Shown in pieces: positions 1-13,046 of a DNA stretch of 64,000 nt. This DNA is from Oikopleura dioica (Eukaryota; Animalia; Chordata). The stretch covers positions 6,448,001 to 6,512,000 of the forward strand of contig OU015568.1 in the NCBI GenBank assembly GCA_907165135.1, written 5' to 3'. Position numbers and translations under genes: made by a program. Each line of letters begins with the position of its first letter. The stretch's first letter is position 1. The notes beneath the pieces are model-generated. The model searched no databases. It saw only the letters and a list, made by a program, of their open reading frames with translations, and was not told where the DNA came from.

Positions 1-1949
1 CAGGTTCGAACGTAGGCATCCATATCGCCAACAGCAGTGCAGACAGCAGTATCAAGATCACATCCGTCAGTGCTGCAGATGAAGTCTGAGAACTCAACGG
101 CAGTCATGCATTCGTATGATCCAACGTTGTTAACGCAAACATCACCAAGACCTGGGCAAGGGCTAGCCATCATGTCACATTCGTTCTGGTCAATGCAAGC
201 TCCGGTCAGATCAGCGGCGTATCCAACGTTGCAAGCGCAAGTTCGGCTGAGTTTGTCGTCAGAGACAAGGCAAGTAGCACCCTCTTGGCACTCGTAGTTC
301 TCACAAAGACCGTAAGGATCTGGGTGAGTGGGATCTCGGCATTCGTAAGTTCCAACAAGGTCAACGCAGAAAGAACCAACTGGGCAATTATGAGCACCAA
401 CAGCGCAGTTGTCTGGGTCAGAGCAAGTGTAGGAACCGTCAGTAACGACACAAGTAGTGAGTCCCATTGGATCGTCAGCACATGGATTGTCCTCGATGTT
501 GCAGACGTTATTGGGATCAGCGACACCGATGCAGTAGTGGCTACCAGCAGAATTAACGCAAGACTGGTGAACGGTGCAATCGTGGAGGCCAAGATCGCAC
601 TCGTTGTCATCAACGCAAGCGTAGAATGGCGAAGTAGATTGCTCGTAGCAGGAGTATCCAACTGGGCAGAGACCAGCAGCGGAGCAGACCTTTGGTGGCG
701 CAATCTCCAAGCAGAGGAATTTACCTTGGTTGGCGTGGACGTTGTGGCAAACTTCAGCTTCGGGGATACAGTTGTGAGTTCCTTTTTTGCATTCGTTCAC
801 GTCCTGGCAGCCCTTCTTGCCTCGTTGCTTATCACCAAAGAAGTCGTTGGCGGTCATCGAGTTACCATTGCCGACGAGACCGTCCTTGCAGATACAGTCG
901 TATCCTCGGAAAGCATCGCTGGGGACGCAGACAGCGTCGTGGTGACATTCGTGATTACCAGCGGCGCAATAGCTGTTTGGATCTGGCTCTGATGAGCAGT
1001 AGAATCCACCTGGCTGGTTAACGCAAGTTTGACCAACGCACTGGTGAGCTCCGGTCTTACACTCATCGATATCGACGCAACCCTTTGGTCCGTTTGGTCC
1101 GTAAGCGATCTCTTCGGAAGAGGTCAAGACCAAAGAACCGTCGGAGACGACGTACTGAGCATTTCCGTTACCCTTGTAGCCGCTGACGCACTCGCAGTCG
1201 TAACCTCGCTTTTTGGAAGCATCTGGGATGCAGATTGCCATCTCGTGGCATTCATGAGCACCAGCAGTGCAAACGTGGAAGGGATCTGGGAGAGCGGAGC
1301 AGACGAAGGAGCCGTAAGTGTTGACGCACTTCTGGCCGAGCTGGTTGCAAGTGTTGTAGACAGCGCACTCATCAACATCAGTACAGCCGGGCATGCCGAC
1401 TCCGGTGTCGTATTTGAAACCGTTGCCGCCGAAGCCTTCGAAGCACATGCAATCGTATCCTTTTTCGTTGTTGTCTGGGACGCAAGTAGCAGTGGAAACG
1501 CAAGCGTGAGTTCCATCGTAGCAAGCGGCCCCAATTGTTCGAGAACCGCCCTTGGTGGCCTTGCAGTGGTAGCTACCGACGGTGTTGATGCAAGCTTCGT
1601 TGTCGGTACAATCGTGTCGTCCAGTGAGACATTCGTTGACGTCCTCGCAGTGCTCGCCGTCACCGGTGTAACCGTTTCGGCAAGTACACTGGAAGCTGAA
1701 CGCTCCTCGTCGGAAAGTGCACACGGCATCTTCGTGGCAATTATGGGTACCAACGGCGCATCGTGAGGCTCGCTCAAAACCGAAGCTCAAATTCTGTATA
1801 CCAGCATTGGCACCGTTGCTGGCAGTCCCAGAGGCGCTTTGCCCCTAAATCAAGAAATTAGATTTCCGCTAAAGATTTATTCAATCTCTTAAAAATCTCT
1901 AACGAACCTGCACTCCTGCTAAAAATAGCAGTAAAGGGGAGGCCTTCAT
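1..1949 (-). CDS. Secreted calcium-binding EGF-repeat protein (fibrillin/fibulin-like), 3' end runs off the window
   Basis: ATG at 1949 gives signal peptide MKASPLLLFLAGVQ|GQ. A 63-nt GT-AG intron (1907-1845) follows, then one open exon to base 1 with repeated DVNEC/DIDEC...C.N..GS(Y/F).C motifs (more than 10 EGF modules). Confidence 0.9.
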
Positions 1950-2237
1950 GCGTGGAGTGGTTTTGCCTTGCTTCCGAGCTAGAGATCCGAGTTTATATGC
2001 GTTTTAGATAAGCGCCGTAGATTGCGATAGAGATGCGACTTGCTGCGATTTCTGCGGAAACCAACGTTAAGCTGACTAAAATCGCGGTTTTTGTTTAACA
2101 AACTTCGATTGGATTTTATTACTTAGTAAATATGACATTTCGAGTTGCTTTCTAGCGCATGTTATCCTTTTTAGATGTAATATTTACTCAATAAATGTAT
2201 AAAAACGAAACGCTTTTTGATAATTTTTGAAGGAAAA

Positions 2238-2940
2238 ATGATTTTTCTCTGGCTCATTCCATTCCTTGCCGCTCAGGTAATCGAAGAGAAAGAATGCATA
2301 ACTCCGCCGCTGATTACCGACTTTGATCTCGCCGCGTACTCTGGAATGTGGTGGAGCTTAGCGTCCTATCCTGCAAGATATCACATTGAGAATTCAAGAT
2401 GTGTGAGATTATTCTACGACTTGGAGGAGGACAGCGACCGGCTTTATGTTAATAACACTTCATTGAGGCCAGATGATGAGGGAAATTATTACTTAGGGTG
2501 GAGTCAAGGTGCCTGATTAATTATTTATTGGATGAAAATAAATGACTTACTTCAGGATACGGTTATCAACAGTACTCTCGACGGGCGCCGAATCTTCTTT
2601 ATGTGGACTTTAGAAACATTTTTGACCCCGATGAGCTGATCCGTCCAAATTACTGTAAGACGGTCTTACTAAGACCTCCATATTTTTTCCCGAATTTTTT
2701 TCTATTTCAGGGGTCTTGGAGACGGATTATGAAGAATACGTGTACGGAAGCAACTGTAACTACAATGGCACTCACAGCAGCAGATCATTTTGGTTCCTAG
2801 GACGAGAGAAGGATTTCGCCAATTCAGAGAAATTTCAAATGTTGCTGGAAAAAGCCACAAACGACTGGGGATTGAAAGAAGAGTTCCTTGAATATCGCAA
2901 TAATGACAACTGTACCTTTGACTACATACAGGATGAATAA
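2238..2940 (+). CDS. Apolipoprotein D-like lipocalin, 3 exons
   Basis: Signal peptide; SCR1 FDLAAYSGMWW; spliced NYWVLETDYEEY (SCR2); FWFLGR (SCR3). GT-AG introns at about 2510-2555 and 2655-2710. Confidence 0.88.
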
Positions 2941-3615
2941 ATTATCGTTAATGATCACGGAGGCCGAAAAAAAGGAGCAATTAAAACATTCCCCGTGCAT
3001 GTCCGATCTGCTGGCCCGTATTATCCGAGCGATTGATACAGATTTAAATATTTATAATTGAAAAACACTTAGGTCAGTGAGGCGCGATATCGGATTTTAA
3101 TAGCAAATATTCACATGATATCACAATGGCCCTGAAGTGTCCGTTCTTCTGCCTGAGTGGATTCAGTACAGTCGCTTGATATCGGTCAAACCAAGCCGCA
3201 AAAATAAGTTCCAGGGTTTCCTTGAATTTTTCATCTGAAAGAGATAAAGAAGGAGAGTTTCTAGACACCTGTTACTGTCAAAAAGAACCACGGTACCGTC
3301 CAAGCTTGAATGGTAGATAACCATCTAGCTAGTAGCTATACCAGAACGCACTGAAGCTTGACCGTAAATTGAACCGTATCCATGAACCGTAAACCATGAA
3401 AAACGAAGCCCAAATCTCCAAGTCATAAACACTACCTTGACCTCGAGAAAGAGAAAACAAAAATAAAACGAAGAGTAATTATTTTTCAAAACAAAAAGGA
3501 AGCCGGGCAAAATGGATAGAAGCTTGACGAGGACAATAAGGCGGGGATAATAAAAAAACTGTGTGTTTTTGTTGTTGAGGGAAGAAAATTATTCTTCCGA
3601 GATAATGCGCAGAGT

Positions 3616-5791
3616 ATGAATAGAGACGTACAATTATTATCCTGCTTGAGTTTGCTTCTCTTCTCGTTATTGATATTTTGTTATGTTGGATTATTTGAGC
3701 ATGCGGGTTCGTGGTCGAAAATAACCTTCAGGTAAGAATGATTTCAAACCACATTTCATTAAAATTTTCTAGCACTGGAAGATATCCAGCCCCAAATTTT
3801 CTCCGAAAAGCAAAAGTCGAAAGTCCAAAAACTCCAAAAACTACACAGCCCGAACCTCCATCTTTCTCGGAATCGAGTTACTCTGATAATGAACCAACAA
3901 TCCTCTCTTCTAAAAAATCTGTCTCAACGATTCATCTTCGCTCTCCACCACCGAAAAACCCAGATCCTCCAACCAAAAATGAAATTATTCAATTCCCAGT
4001 GAATTCGACGATTCAAGAAAACCACATTTATGAAACTTTTGAAAAAAGAAAAAAGCACCTGAATTTCGTCTGCAAGCGACTGCGACAAGTCGTGGATCTA
4101 AATCAAAATAAAGCGGACAATTTCGACGAGCTCCAACAATTTCAAAAAGATCTTCTTCAGTCAAAAGAAGACGATAAAGCTTGCAAACCGATAACTCACC
4201 CAGCCGGGCTGTTAGATAATTTATTCAAAAGCGAAGGTATTCTTTTTACCTGGACTCAGAAACCTGTGTAGAAAACCTGAGTCAGGGTCTGAAAGAGCGG
4301 CTTTTCATTTCAGCTCTTTCAGACCCTGACTCAGATTTTCTACACAGGTTGTCGAGCCCAGATTACTACTCTCAAATTCGGGGATTATTTCATTTTAGAT
4401 TATAAAATCCGAACTTGTCTACCGACCAAAACTGGGAGCACAAGCTGGTTGAGGACACTCATCTCGCTAGAAACGTACCATGGAAGCAAGAGCCCAGACC
4501 AGGTTCGCGAGTCCTGGGGTTCTTACAGCCAGAGAATGTGGAAAAACGCCTGGCTCCTGGAAGAGCAAGTCAAGACAAAGACAGGTGATCAGGGATGGAT
4601 GAGTTTGATGACTGTGAGGCATCCGATGGCGAGACTGTATTCGGCTTGGAAGGACAAGTTCAGAAAGGGGCAGCCTTGGTTGAAAGTCATTGAGAAGCAG
4701 TTTCAGGTAGGAACTACTCAACGAGGAGGAGTAGAAAAAGCTAAAATGTCTTGTTTTTAGTACTATCTTTTACGACTTGAACGGAACGACATGTCAAACG
4801 CAGCTTACGAGTACTCCTTCGAGGCATTCGTCGAGCTGGTTGCTTTGACAGACTTCGACGGGCAGCGAGATCGGCACTGGACGTCCATTCATACCTATTG
4901 CAACCCGTGCGCCATTCCTTACGATTTCATCGTCAAGCAAGAATACGGCTTTGAAGAAAATGACTATCTCCTGCAAATTTATGACCAAGAAGGAAAATAC
5001 CAAAATTTGAAAAGCATCCCGAAGCGTTCACAGTGGGGACATCAGCTTGACGAGAAACCAATCGAAGTTGAAGACATGCTGGAGCCGTGGAAAGACATCA
5101 GCAAGACGACAATCAAGCAGATTTACAAGACGTTTTATTTAGACTTTGTCTATTTCAACTACAGCATCGACGAATTCATAGCCGTCGGGAAAAACGGTAA
5201 GCGTCTATTCTCAGAATAACGAGTCTTCAATATTGACATCATTTTAAGATGACGGGGTTCTTGATGATGTCAAAAAGACAATGAAGACGAAGATAAACGC
5301 GCAGAGCTCTAAAGTCAAATGGATGGACACCAATCACTGCAGGGACAGTTTTAATGAAGCTTGTCAGTTCACGGAAATGACTGGATATAGGCTCAACTGC
5401 AAGGGTTACAAGCGGCTTTCTTTTTCTACTTACGAAGGTAAAAAAAGGTCTATTTTAGGAGTGTCGTCACGAATCGACAAAAAATACCGAAAAATTTTGC
5501 GTAGGCGGCTACTCGGCCGCTGATTGGCCGGCTAGCCAAATCCAGGCTTCTGATTGGCTGAAAATTTTCACGCAAATTTTTCGTAGTTTTTTGTCGATTC
5601 CTGACACCTCCTCCTATTTGAATGGTTTTTCTCGAAAATTTGCATTAAAATTATGCAATTAATCTTTCAGAAGCAGAAGCATTTGCGTGCGCAGACGAAG
5701 AAATTACTGGCATCGGCCTCTCAGCCGGCCAATACTGCGTCTCTTCGATAGAAGGATCTTTAACGAAGACAACCGAAAAAGGCCGGAGTAG
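3616..5791 (+). CDS. Golgi carbohydrate sulfotransferase (Sulfotransfer_2 / CHST8-14, HNK-1ST family) with a spliced C-terminal extension
   Basis: N-terminal signal anchor and stem; 5'-PSB CLPTKTGSTSW; 3'-PB TVRHPMARLYSAWKDKF; DRHW...YCNPCAIPYDFIVKQE. A GTAAG donor near 5198 joins two further in-frame exons ending at TAG 5789-5791. Confidence 0.85.
4250..4361. mobile_element. MITE family A copy (palindromic, CTGGG...CCCAG type) in a sulfotransferase intron
   Basis: aacctgtgtagaaaacctgagtcagggtctgaaagagc and its reverse complement form a hairpin; same family at 7211, 7959, 12189, 30030, 30908, 31153, 31873, 46703. Confidence 0.8.
5457..5614. mobile_element. Small imperfect inverted-repeat element (MITE-like) in an intron
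   Basis: ggagtgtc..gaatcgacaaaaaa..cgaaaaattttgcgt versus acgcaaatttttcg..ttttttgtcgattc..gacacctcc. Confidence 0.55.
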
Positions 5792-6374
5792 AAGCTGGAT
5801 TAAAAAGGAACACCCCGTTCTTATTTCTAAATAATTAATGCCCTTTTGAGCTGTATTTTGTATCTTTTTGTACAGAAAAGTCTACTTTTGACTGTATATA
5901 AAAATATAGATAAATTATTTTCCAAGTCTCTTTTCTGCGGTTGAATTTGTTTTCGATATTGAAAATAGTCGAGAAGAGAATTGAAGAGTTGAGGTGACGT
6001 CAGATGGTTCTGTAAAAGACAGGGCTTGCATATAGTTACTGACTCTTCGGCTGCTCAAATAATATAATTCAGACGTCAGAGTTCGACATTCACATTATTT
6101 AACGCAGCAAGAGTTGAGCCTTCGCGCAGTGCGAAAAAATCGTTTCTCAGAAGAATCAGATCACATTAGATTTTTTTTATATTCAGACAGATAGAGAGAG
6201 CATTTTGTCGGTCACATCTGCACATCGCGCATTACAGTAGATTACTGTACACGCGGCACAAAAAAAGGATAACTCAGATTATCGATATCATTTGCATCAG
6301 ATATTTTTGTTCAGAGAATGATTTAAAAAATCAGGTTGATTTGAGAAAAACAAACATGCGAAAAGCGATGTAAA

Positions 6375-7461
6375 ATGGGGACATGCTCCTGCTTCAAGAT
6401 CAAAATTACGTTCGAAATTGGAAGCCACTCGGTAAAAAAGTGAAAAAACACGGGATCTTAGGGTCTTTTTCAGCCTGTTCCAAGAAATAATGAAATATCA
6501 GTCACGGAAATCGAAGCAATTCAGCAAATAAACAACCATCTCATCGGTAAGTCGTTCTCCTTGTTGTCTCCAAAAAAGAGCATCATTAAGGAAATGAAAT
6601 TGAAAAGATCCGTAAGCTGCTCCCGTCAGAATATCGCAAGTCTCGCCAAAGGTTTAGCCGCATTTTCATTTCTTCCTCGATTCTGAAATTTATTCTTTAG
6701 CGAAATTGAGTCGCATCTGACGACGCTCAAGAAGATCGAATCCTTTATCCGTCAGGTATGGAAACGGCGAATACAGTACCTGGTAGTCACTTCGTACTTT
6801 TAAGACAAACGCGGAAAAAATGAGCTCTTTCTTTCCGAGCGCGCATCATAGCGTGAACAACAGCGAGCTTCCAAGGAGAGTAGCATCAATTTTAAATGAA
6901 CAAATCATGATTTTGGTTAGCTATCAAAAAAAAGCCCTCAAATCTCCACGACAAAATCACTTTGCGCATCGCCAAATAGAGAGCGCGGCAATACATCCAG
7001 CCGCCTGTTTTTCCATTACCCAAGGCCCGAAATTTTCAAGGAATGGGTGGAACGCCTGGCTGGTTTTATAATCGGAACAACGAGTAACCCATCCAGGTCG
7101 AGTGTAAAAGCTTCACGGCAGTTTCATCTGCGCCTTTTCTGATTTCACCGTCGACGCCAAAAACTTTGAAAAAATATCACTCTTCGTTTACTCCTGGACT
7201 TCGTAAGTGCCTGGACAACCTGTGTAATAACCTGAGTCAGGGTCTAGATTCTAGAATACATCAAACAAGAAGCCCCGCAGCTGCTTTTTCAAAAACAATG
7301 CCGAAAAGCAGCTTCGCTAGAATCAGTAAAAGGATTGGATGGGCAATTTCAGACCCTGACTCAGGTTTCTACACAGGTTTCCGATCTGATAACTCAGATC
7401 TTAATTTGAGAGGCCAGCCGTTTTTAAAACCATTTCAGAATCGACGCCAAAGAAGTGGTAA
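6375..7461 (+). CDS. Small multi-exon hypothetical protein with an MGTCSC N-terminus (possibly lipid-anchored)
   Basis: Chain of short exons with GT-AG boundaries in consistent phase (MGTCSCFKIK..|PVPRNNE..|GNEIEKIRK..|SEIESHL..|TNAEKMSSFF..|..GL|QSTPKKW*). One middle junction is unresolved; no family recognised. Confidence 0.55.
7211..7390. mobile_element. MITE family A copy (intronic, degenerate)
   Basis: aacctgtgtaataacctgagtcagggtct ... agaccctgactcaggtttctacacaggtt. Confidence 0.75.
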
Positions 7462-7596
7462 AAATATATTTACAACTCGTCCAATACAGTCTTCTCTCTT
7501 TACATACTTACAGTCATAAATACAGTAGTACTTATTCATTTGAATAAAGAGAGCCGCTATTCAAGAGCATTCTTCTCTTCGTTGATTTCAAACACA

Positions 7597-8671
7597 TCAG
7601 TCATCCAAATCAGCACCGCAATAAACGTACTCGTACAGAGAAAGAAGATAGAACAAGGATATTCCTGTTGATTTACTGTTGGGAATATAGAATAAGCAAT
7701 ATCCTTTTTTTTATTTCAAACATTCCAAGCACCAACAATGTTAATTATGCAAGCCAGGTCGGCCTTGTCCAAAGCCAAATGTTTTTTGTTCTCCTTCGAG
7801 TAGCGAATTGACTATCATAATGGCAATAAATTTATCAATCAAATATTTTTATGCTCACTTTTATCGACCAGTACAGGGCGATGGCTCCAGTGGGAGGGAA
7901 TAAAAGTAGAAGAAGTAAGGAATAAAGGCACTGAAAAGAATTGAAATATACTGACTATGCTCGGAAACCTGTGTAAAAACCTGAGTCAGGGTCTGGAAGG
8001 TCGAAAAAGCTCCGGACCTTCCTAATCTTTCAGACCCTGACTCAGGTTTTCCACACAGGAACTGGGCGAGCTTGAAAACCTTTGATTTGCTGATATGCTG
8101 GAATAAAGAAAGCTCTGGCGGGTTGATTTGAATGATTGAATTCGACTTCGTTCCGACTGATACTCTATTTGAGCAAGAGGTAGCTCCACATTGATCCGAA
8201 GAAACTCTTGAACTTCGTCCAGAAAGAGGAGCACTTTCTTGTTGTTTTCGCTTGATTTCTTCGTGAAGGCGAGAATGCTTGCTTTCCTGGGCATTTTCCG
8301 CGAAAGCTTTGTCGAGTTTCAAAGGAATAATCCTCGATCTACAGTAGTTACAGTGAAAAACTTTCCTCTACAGAACTTTGCCGCCATTCTTCCATCATCT
8401 GTGATTTCAATTTTCACTGAAGCTGTTTCTAGGAGCGGATCATCAGGTGCTGAATACATTCAATCAAACATAAAATATGCATAAACCGATTGAAGTGATC
8501 AAAAATACCTTCGACGCGCAGAGCTGGAGACTCGTTTTCAGATGCCATTGATGTCTCTATGGTCGATTGATCTGAAAAAATAAATCTCGGCGGCGATGCC
8601 AACGTGGAAACATGGCTAGAAGAGGCGCTTGAATTTTTCATTTTCAAGCACCGAGGTTCACTTCTCGACAA
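7597..8671 (-). CDS. CD225/dispanin-family (IFITM/PRRT-like) membrane protein
   Basis: Spliced C-terminus CLYSLLLLLLFPPTGAIALYWSIK|SIRYSKENKKHLALDKADLACIINIV|GISLFYLL.. fits the CD225 two-hydrophobic-segment pattern. Start codon and one 5' junction are uncertain. Confidence 0.55.
7959..8060. mobile_element. MITE family A copy (intronic, short)
   Basis: aacctgtgtaaaaacctgagtcagggtctg ... cagaccctgactcaggttttccacacagg. Confidence 0.75.
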
Positions 8672-9335
8672 GTGTTATTAGACTAAATACTTATACTATT
8701 GCTACATTTTTGGCTAGAAGACGGACTCTGTTAACAAGTCAAATGCGGACTGCTCGAAATACTCAACCCTCAGAACTCATCTTCCTATAATGATCGACTG
8801 AGGCGTTCCTGATTGGCTAAGAAGGGGGCGGGGAGAATTTAGAGCATTTCATTCGCTGAAATGAAAGAGCGCCACCTTTTTTTTGACAGCCAATCAGAAT
8901 ACGCAATTTATAATACGGTTTTTATGGGTCGATTGAAGTGTTTAGCCCAGTTTCAGATGCATTTTGACTTGCCTTGAATTTTCTCTGAAGGTTGTTTGTT
9001 TCCCATGCGGGTTGTCCCTGAGCGGATTTTGATGTCTCTCAAAAAACAGTTTTCGAATGAGGAACGACAGAGACCTGACAGGGGTCAGAATCATCGTTCA
9101 ACCTGTTGATGGTAACAGTAGAATAATTTATTCGCTGGAATAAATTATGCAGCCCAGGAGTGAAGATTTATCAAACCATCTGTGTTTGTCCTTTCTAGCT
9201 AAACAAGCCGCCCGCTCGCTCTTTTTTTTTATTTCGTTTTCTTACTAAATTTTAATTTTATCAGCGGACCGAATTTTGCTTTGAAACTGAGGCATTTTGT
9301 ATTTGCGAAAATTAACAGAAGCACAGAAAAAGTGA

Positions 9336-12300
9336 TTATTTACAGATAGCGCCTTCTTTCCCACATCGGCACTCATTTTTCCCAACACATTCATTCGGCC
9401 AGAAGCCCCGGACATTTCTCTCATTCTCGCAGTAGATCAAGCAGAGTCCCTTGCAAATCGGCTGCGCAAAGTTGAACTTGCTCGTTTCGCAACCGCAAGT
9501 CGACTCTGGCTTCAAGCCCTAAACAAGTGATAAAACAGTACCAACAAGATTAAGAAGCACTTACCATGCAGTTGCTGAAGCCCATTCCGCACTGATTTGT
9601 TCCTTGCCTATTATTATACGTTGAGCAAACTTTTTTCTGAATAAAAATGGTAAAAAATATATGAAAATTTAGATTACCGATAAGGGACTCCATTTTTCTT
9701 TGAATCTACCGATGATATTTCCTTGTGGCGTGTAGTGACAGACTGTATATGTGGACAAAAGAACCGGAGGGATTGTATTTGGAGGTTGTTTTACTGGAAA
9801 AACCTAGATAAAAATTTAGGGTGAGAAATCTTGGCGAACGAAACTAGCATTAAGTGACGCTATAAAGTTAAAATTGAGCTTACCGCAGTACCGCAGCCGA
9901 GCTCAACCGAGTCCGGCCAAAGCAGCTGTGTCAAGTGCCCTACGGGGTCATTACGTCTTCGGCCCCTTTGCGGCGTCCGCGGGTTGAAGTAAAAAAGTTC
10001 AGCGTACCAGCGAAATACCGATTCGCGACAAGGATGGCCATTTTCTGTAAGATCCCAGGCGATATTTTCTCCAACATTTTTCGCACGGAACACTAGGGAG
10101 AAAATTCATAAACTGTACATTTTTTTCCTTGATTACTTGTTGGGGAGTCAGAGTGTGGCCAATTTTTCGTCCTCTGTCTGGTGCTATTTGGCGTTTTTGG
10201 CGCGCGGGATTTCAATTCTGTCGCCCACTTTTGAGCAGTTGAGGCAATTTTCGTGTTCCACGTCATCGGTTTCAAATTATGAAGGGCTCGGAAAAAGTTG
10301 TGGTAGTCCAGACATTCCTGGTTGAAAAACGAAAGGTCGCCAGAGTTCAGTGATCGTGCCATTCCCATTTCATTCGTGGCCCCGAACTTCGATTGCCCGG
10401 GCTGACAAGATTGCTGATTGCACGGATCGCGCTGGAAATCTGGTCCGGGACATCCTTCAAATCCTGGCTTTCCAGTGGAACAGGTTCGCCTTCGTTCTTT
10501 CTTTCCTCCGCCGCAGTTGACGTTGCAAGCGCTCCATTCGCCCCAAGAATTCCATGCAGGACACCACTGACTCATCGTGCAAGGTCGCTGGTTGTAAGGA
10601 TAGCTGCTTTTTGGCTCGTTCTTGCAAGCGCCGGAAATGCACGTTTGATAGCTGAGTTGCATCCCTCTGCCGCATGTTTTTGAACAAGGACCCCAAGGAC
10701 CATATGATCCAAACTGCGATCTTTGACCAAATGGACATGGAAACCTGTTACAACCTCTCGGCTCTTGATGCCAGGATAGATATTGCCCGGTTCTCGCGTT
10801 TTTCTGACAGCCATCGTTGCAGCTTCTCTCTCGGTACTGATGACCGCCTCCACAAGAACGGGTGCAGCGGGACCACTGACTCCAAGGAGTCCAACCCTTG
10901 TGGTTTTTCGGGACTGGTCGTGTTGTCATTGGACGTCTGGTCGTTTGAGGCATGGTTCGGCGGGTTGTTGGAGGGCGACGGGTTGTCCTTGTTGTCTTCG
11001 GCCGAGGAGTAGTCAGCTTGAAGCTGGGAATTGGTACTTCTCGGACGCTGACTGGCCTAGAAAGAGCATAAATTTACGATACACCGCCGAATAAAATAAT
11101 CATGAGGGTAAAAAAGGCTGGCAATATTCAATAAGAAGGATTGAATATTAATATATAAAAATTGATAAGCATCAAGTATAATAATTGTATTATACTTTTT
11201 GTTTGACTGCTTTGGCGACTTCTTCGCATTCTTCTTTGGCGGTGGCGTTGCTACTTTCCTATTATCACAGCTTGGGCATTTTCGCTTTTCCATCCACGGC
11301 GTTTTGTTGCTCTTTGACCAGAAGACCTTGCAATCGCCCTTGTTTCCAAGACACAGTCGCTTTCGAATTTGTTCGCAAGAGTTGCTGCACTCTTGCCACT
11401 CTCCCCAGCCGGACCAACCGACTGGCATCGAGAATTTCCAAGGATACCATCTGTAATGACAGCATGGCTTGAAATCGATCAGATCGGCTCCACCCTGGCA
11501 GCAGATTTTGTCCTCGTCTTTCGTAAACACTCGCGTTCCAAAGGGCATTCCGAGCTTTCTGTTGTTCGCCACATTTACTTTTATCGACGGATAAGCAGGG
11601 TTGTTCAACTCTGAGCTTCCAACGTACAATTTGAATCCGAAAAACTGATTCTTTGACTCATTGCAAGGAGCACCAAGGATCGCCCATCGGTCGACGACAT
11701 CACGGAGTAAGCACAAATACACTTCGCGGACAAAGGGGCCGGTGGGTTTTTCGTAAAAGCTGATGAGCTCAGTTCGCATGTTTTCATGAACGGGTTCGAG
11801 TTTGTTGGTGATCGTGTAGATTGCGCGCCCTTTTACGGAAACTTCCACCATGTAAAAATACTAAAATCATGTCAACATGTTACTAAGTCATTAAAAAATT
11901 TCAAGTCACCTTTATCGGTCCATTTCCGAAGTAGTCCATCGAAGGCCCGAGATGTTTCTGTCCAGCGGACTTGACAAAAATCGACAAAAATCCTGCATCA
12001 ATTTCATATCCTTCCAAGTCTTCGTTAGCTTTGTCAGGCTTTCCTTTCTCTATTAGTTTCTTGACTCTCTCTTCCAGGCTGAAGACTTCTTCCGCAGAGA
12101 TGGCTTCAGTTTGATTCTGGAAGCACTGACTGCTCTCTTCATTTTCTTAAAAAAAAACGATACAATTTTAGATGGCTCAAAACTGAGGCTGAGCTCAACA
12201 ACCTGTGTCAGGGTTTGAAATGTCCTTAATGAAAAGCCGCGTAGCGGCTTTTTTAAAAACGAAGCCGCGAAGCGGCTTCGCAAAGTTACCAATCAAATCT

Positions 12301-12576
12301 TCCTCTAAATTCTTGCGACCTTTCAAACGCTGACTCAGATTTTTACACAGGCTGCTAAGCTCAGAACAGAGGACATTGAAATTTGAACATTTGAAATTTA
12401 CCATTGCAGTATTCTTCTTCTGATATATACAGTGGCTCTAAATGAATAGTATCTTGATATTCTCGGCAGCTAGTAGTAATGGGAGAATCTTCTGAGAACT
12501 CTTCATACTGTACTTCTGCTTGAATTTCTACAAAAAGCGCTAGAAAAAGGAAACTCAAACTCGCCCAAGCTGTCAT
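9336..12576 (-). CDS. Secreted protein: unknown N-terminal region, TSP1 repeats, Thr/Pro linker, CAP/SCP domain, Cys-rich tail
   Basis: Signal peptide MTAWASLSFLFLALFVEIQA; WSGWGEWQEC, WTPWSQWSRCTRSCGGG and WNSWGEWSACNVNCGGG TSP1 motifs; CAP motifs HNFFRALH, GENIAW, WYAE, GHLTQLLW..S..LGCG; final exon ends CK* at 9336. Confidence 0.8.
12189..12364. mobile_element. MITE family A copy with a 7/8-matching 8-bp TSD
   Basis: ctgagctc..aacctgtgt ... acacaggctgctaagctcag; flanks aactgagg (12181-12188) and aacagagg (12365-12372). Confidence 0.8.
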
Positions 12577-13046
12577 CGGGCGAACTGTCTGAGTTGTAGA
12601 ATGATCTGACTGAAAATTCGCGCAACGGCGGACTTGAGCCTGCGCCGCCGCTAATCCGACCGCAACGGCTCGACCAGCGGAATCGAGTTTAGTTCAACTG
12701 CTCGAACGTAACTACGCAGAATGTTCCCGACAGGTGCGGTCCGCCCTCAAGAAATCAGAGCCTTCTCTGTCTTCTTTTGTCTCTAGAAAACCACACGAAC
12801 TGATGTGATTGATTCAAGCGCCCCACCGAGCGAATGATAATGAGCAAACGAGCCTCAGAATTCTGGGTTTTATTATGAGCAGTTGTAGCTCGTGTATAAA
12901 TAGTTTCGGATCACGATGCAGTTTTTAGCCTATTTTTGGATATCTTCTTGGAAAATGATTTCTTGCTCCGAAAATATCATTTTAACCGCTTGGTTCAACC
13001 ATTATATTTGGCAAAATATGCAACTCATATTGAAGCTTACTATTAA

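Noticed and set aside
206-1777. Long ORFs 285-992, 1029-1766, 206-703 and 1124-1777
   Set aside because: Antisense or off-frame shadows of the cbEGF exon, whose true frame was missed by the ORF track.
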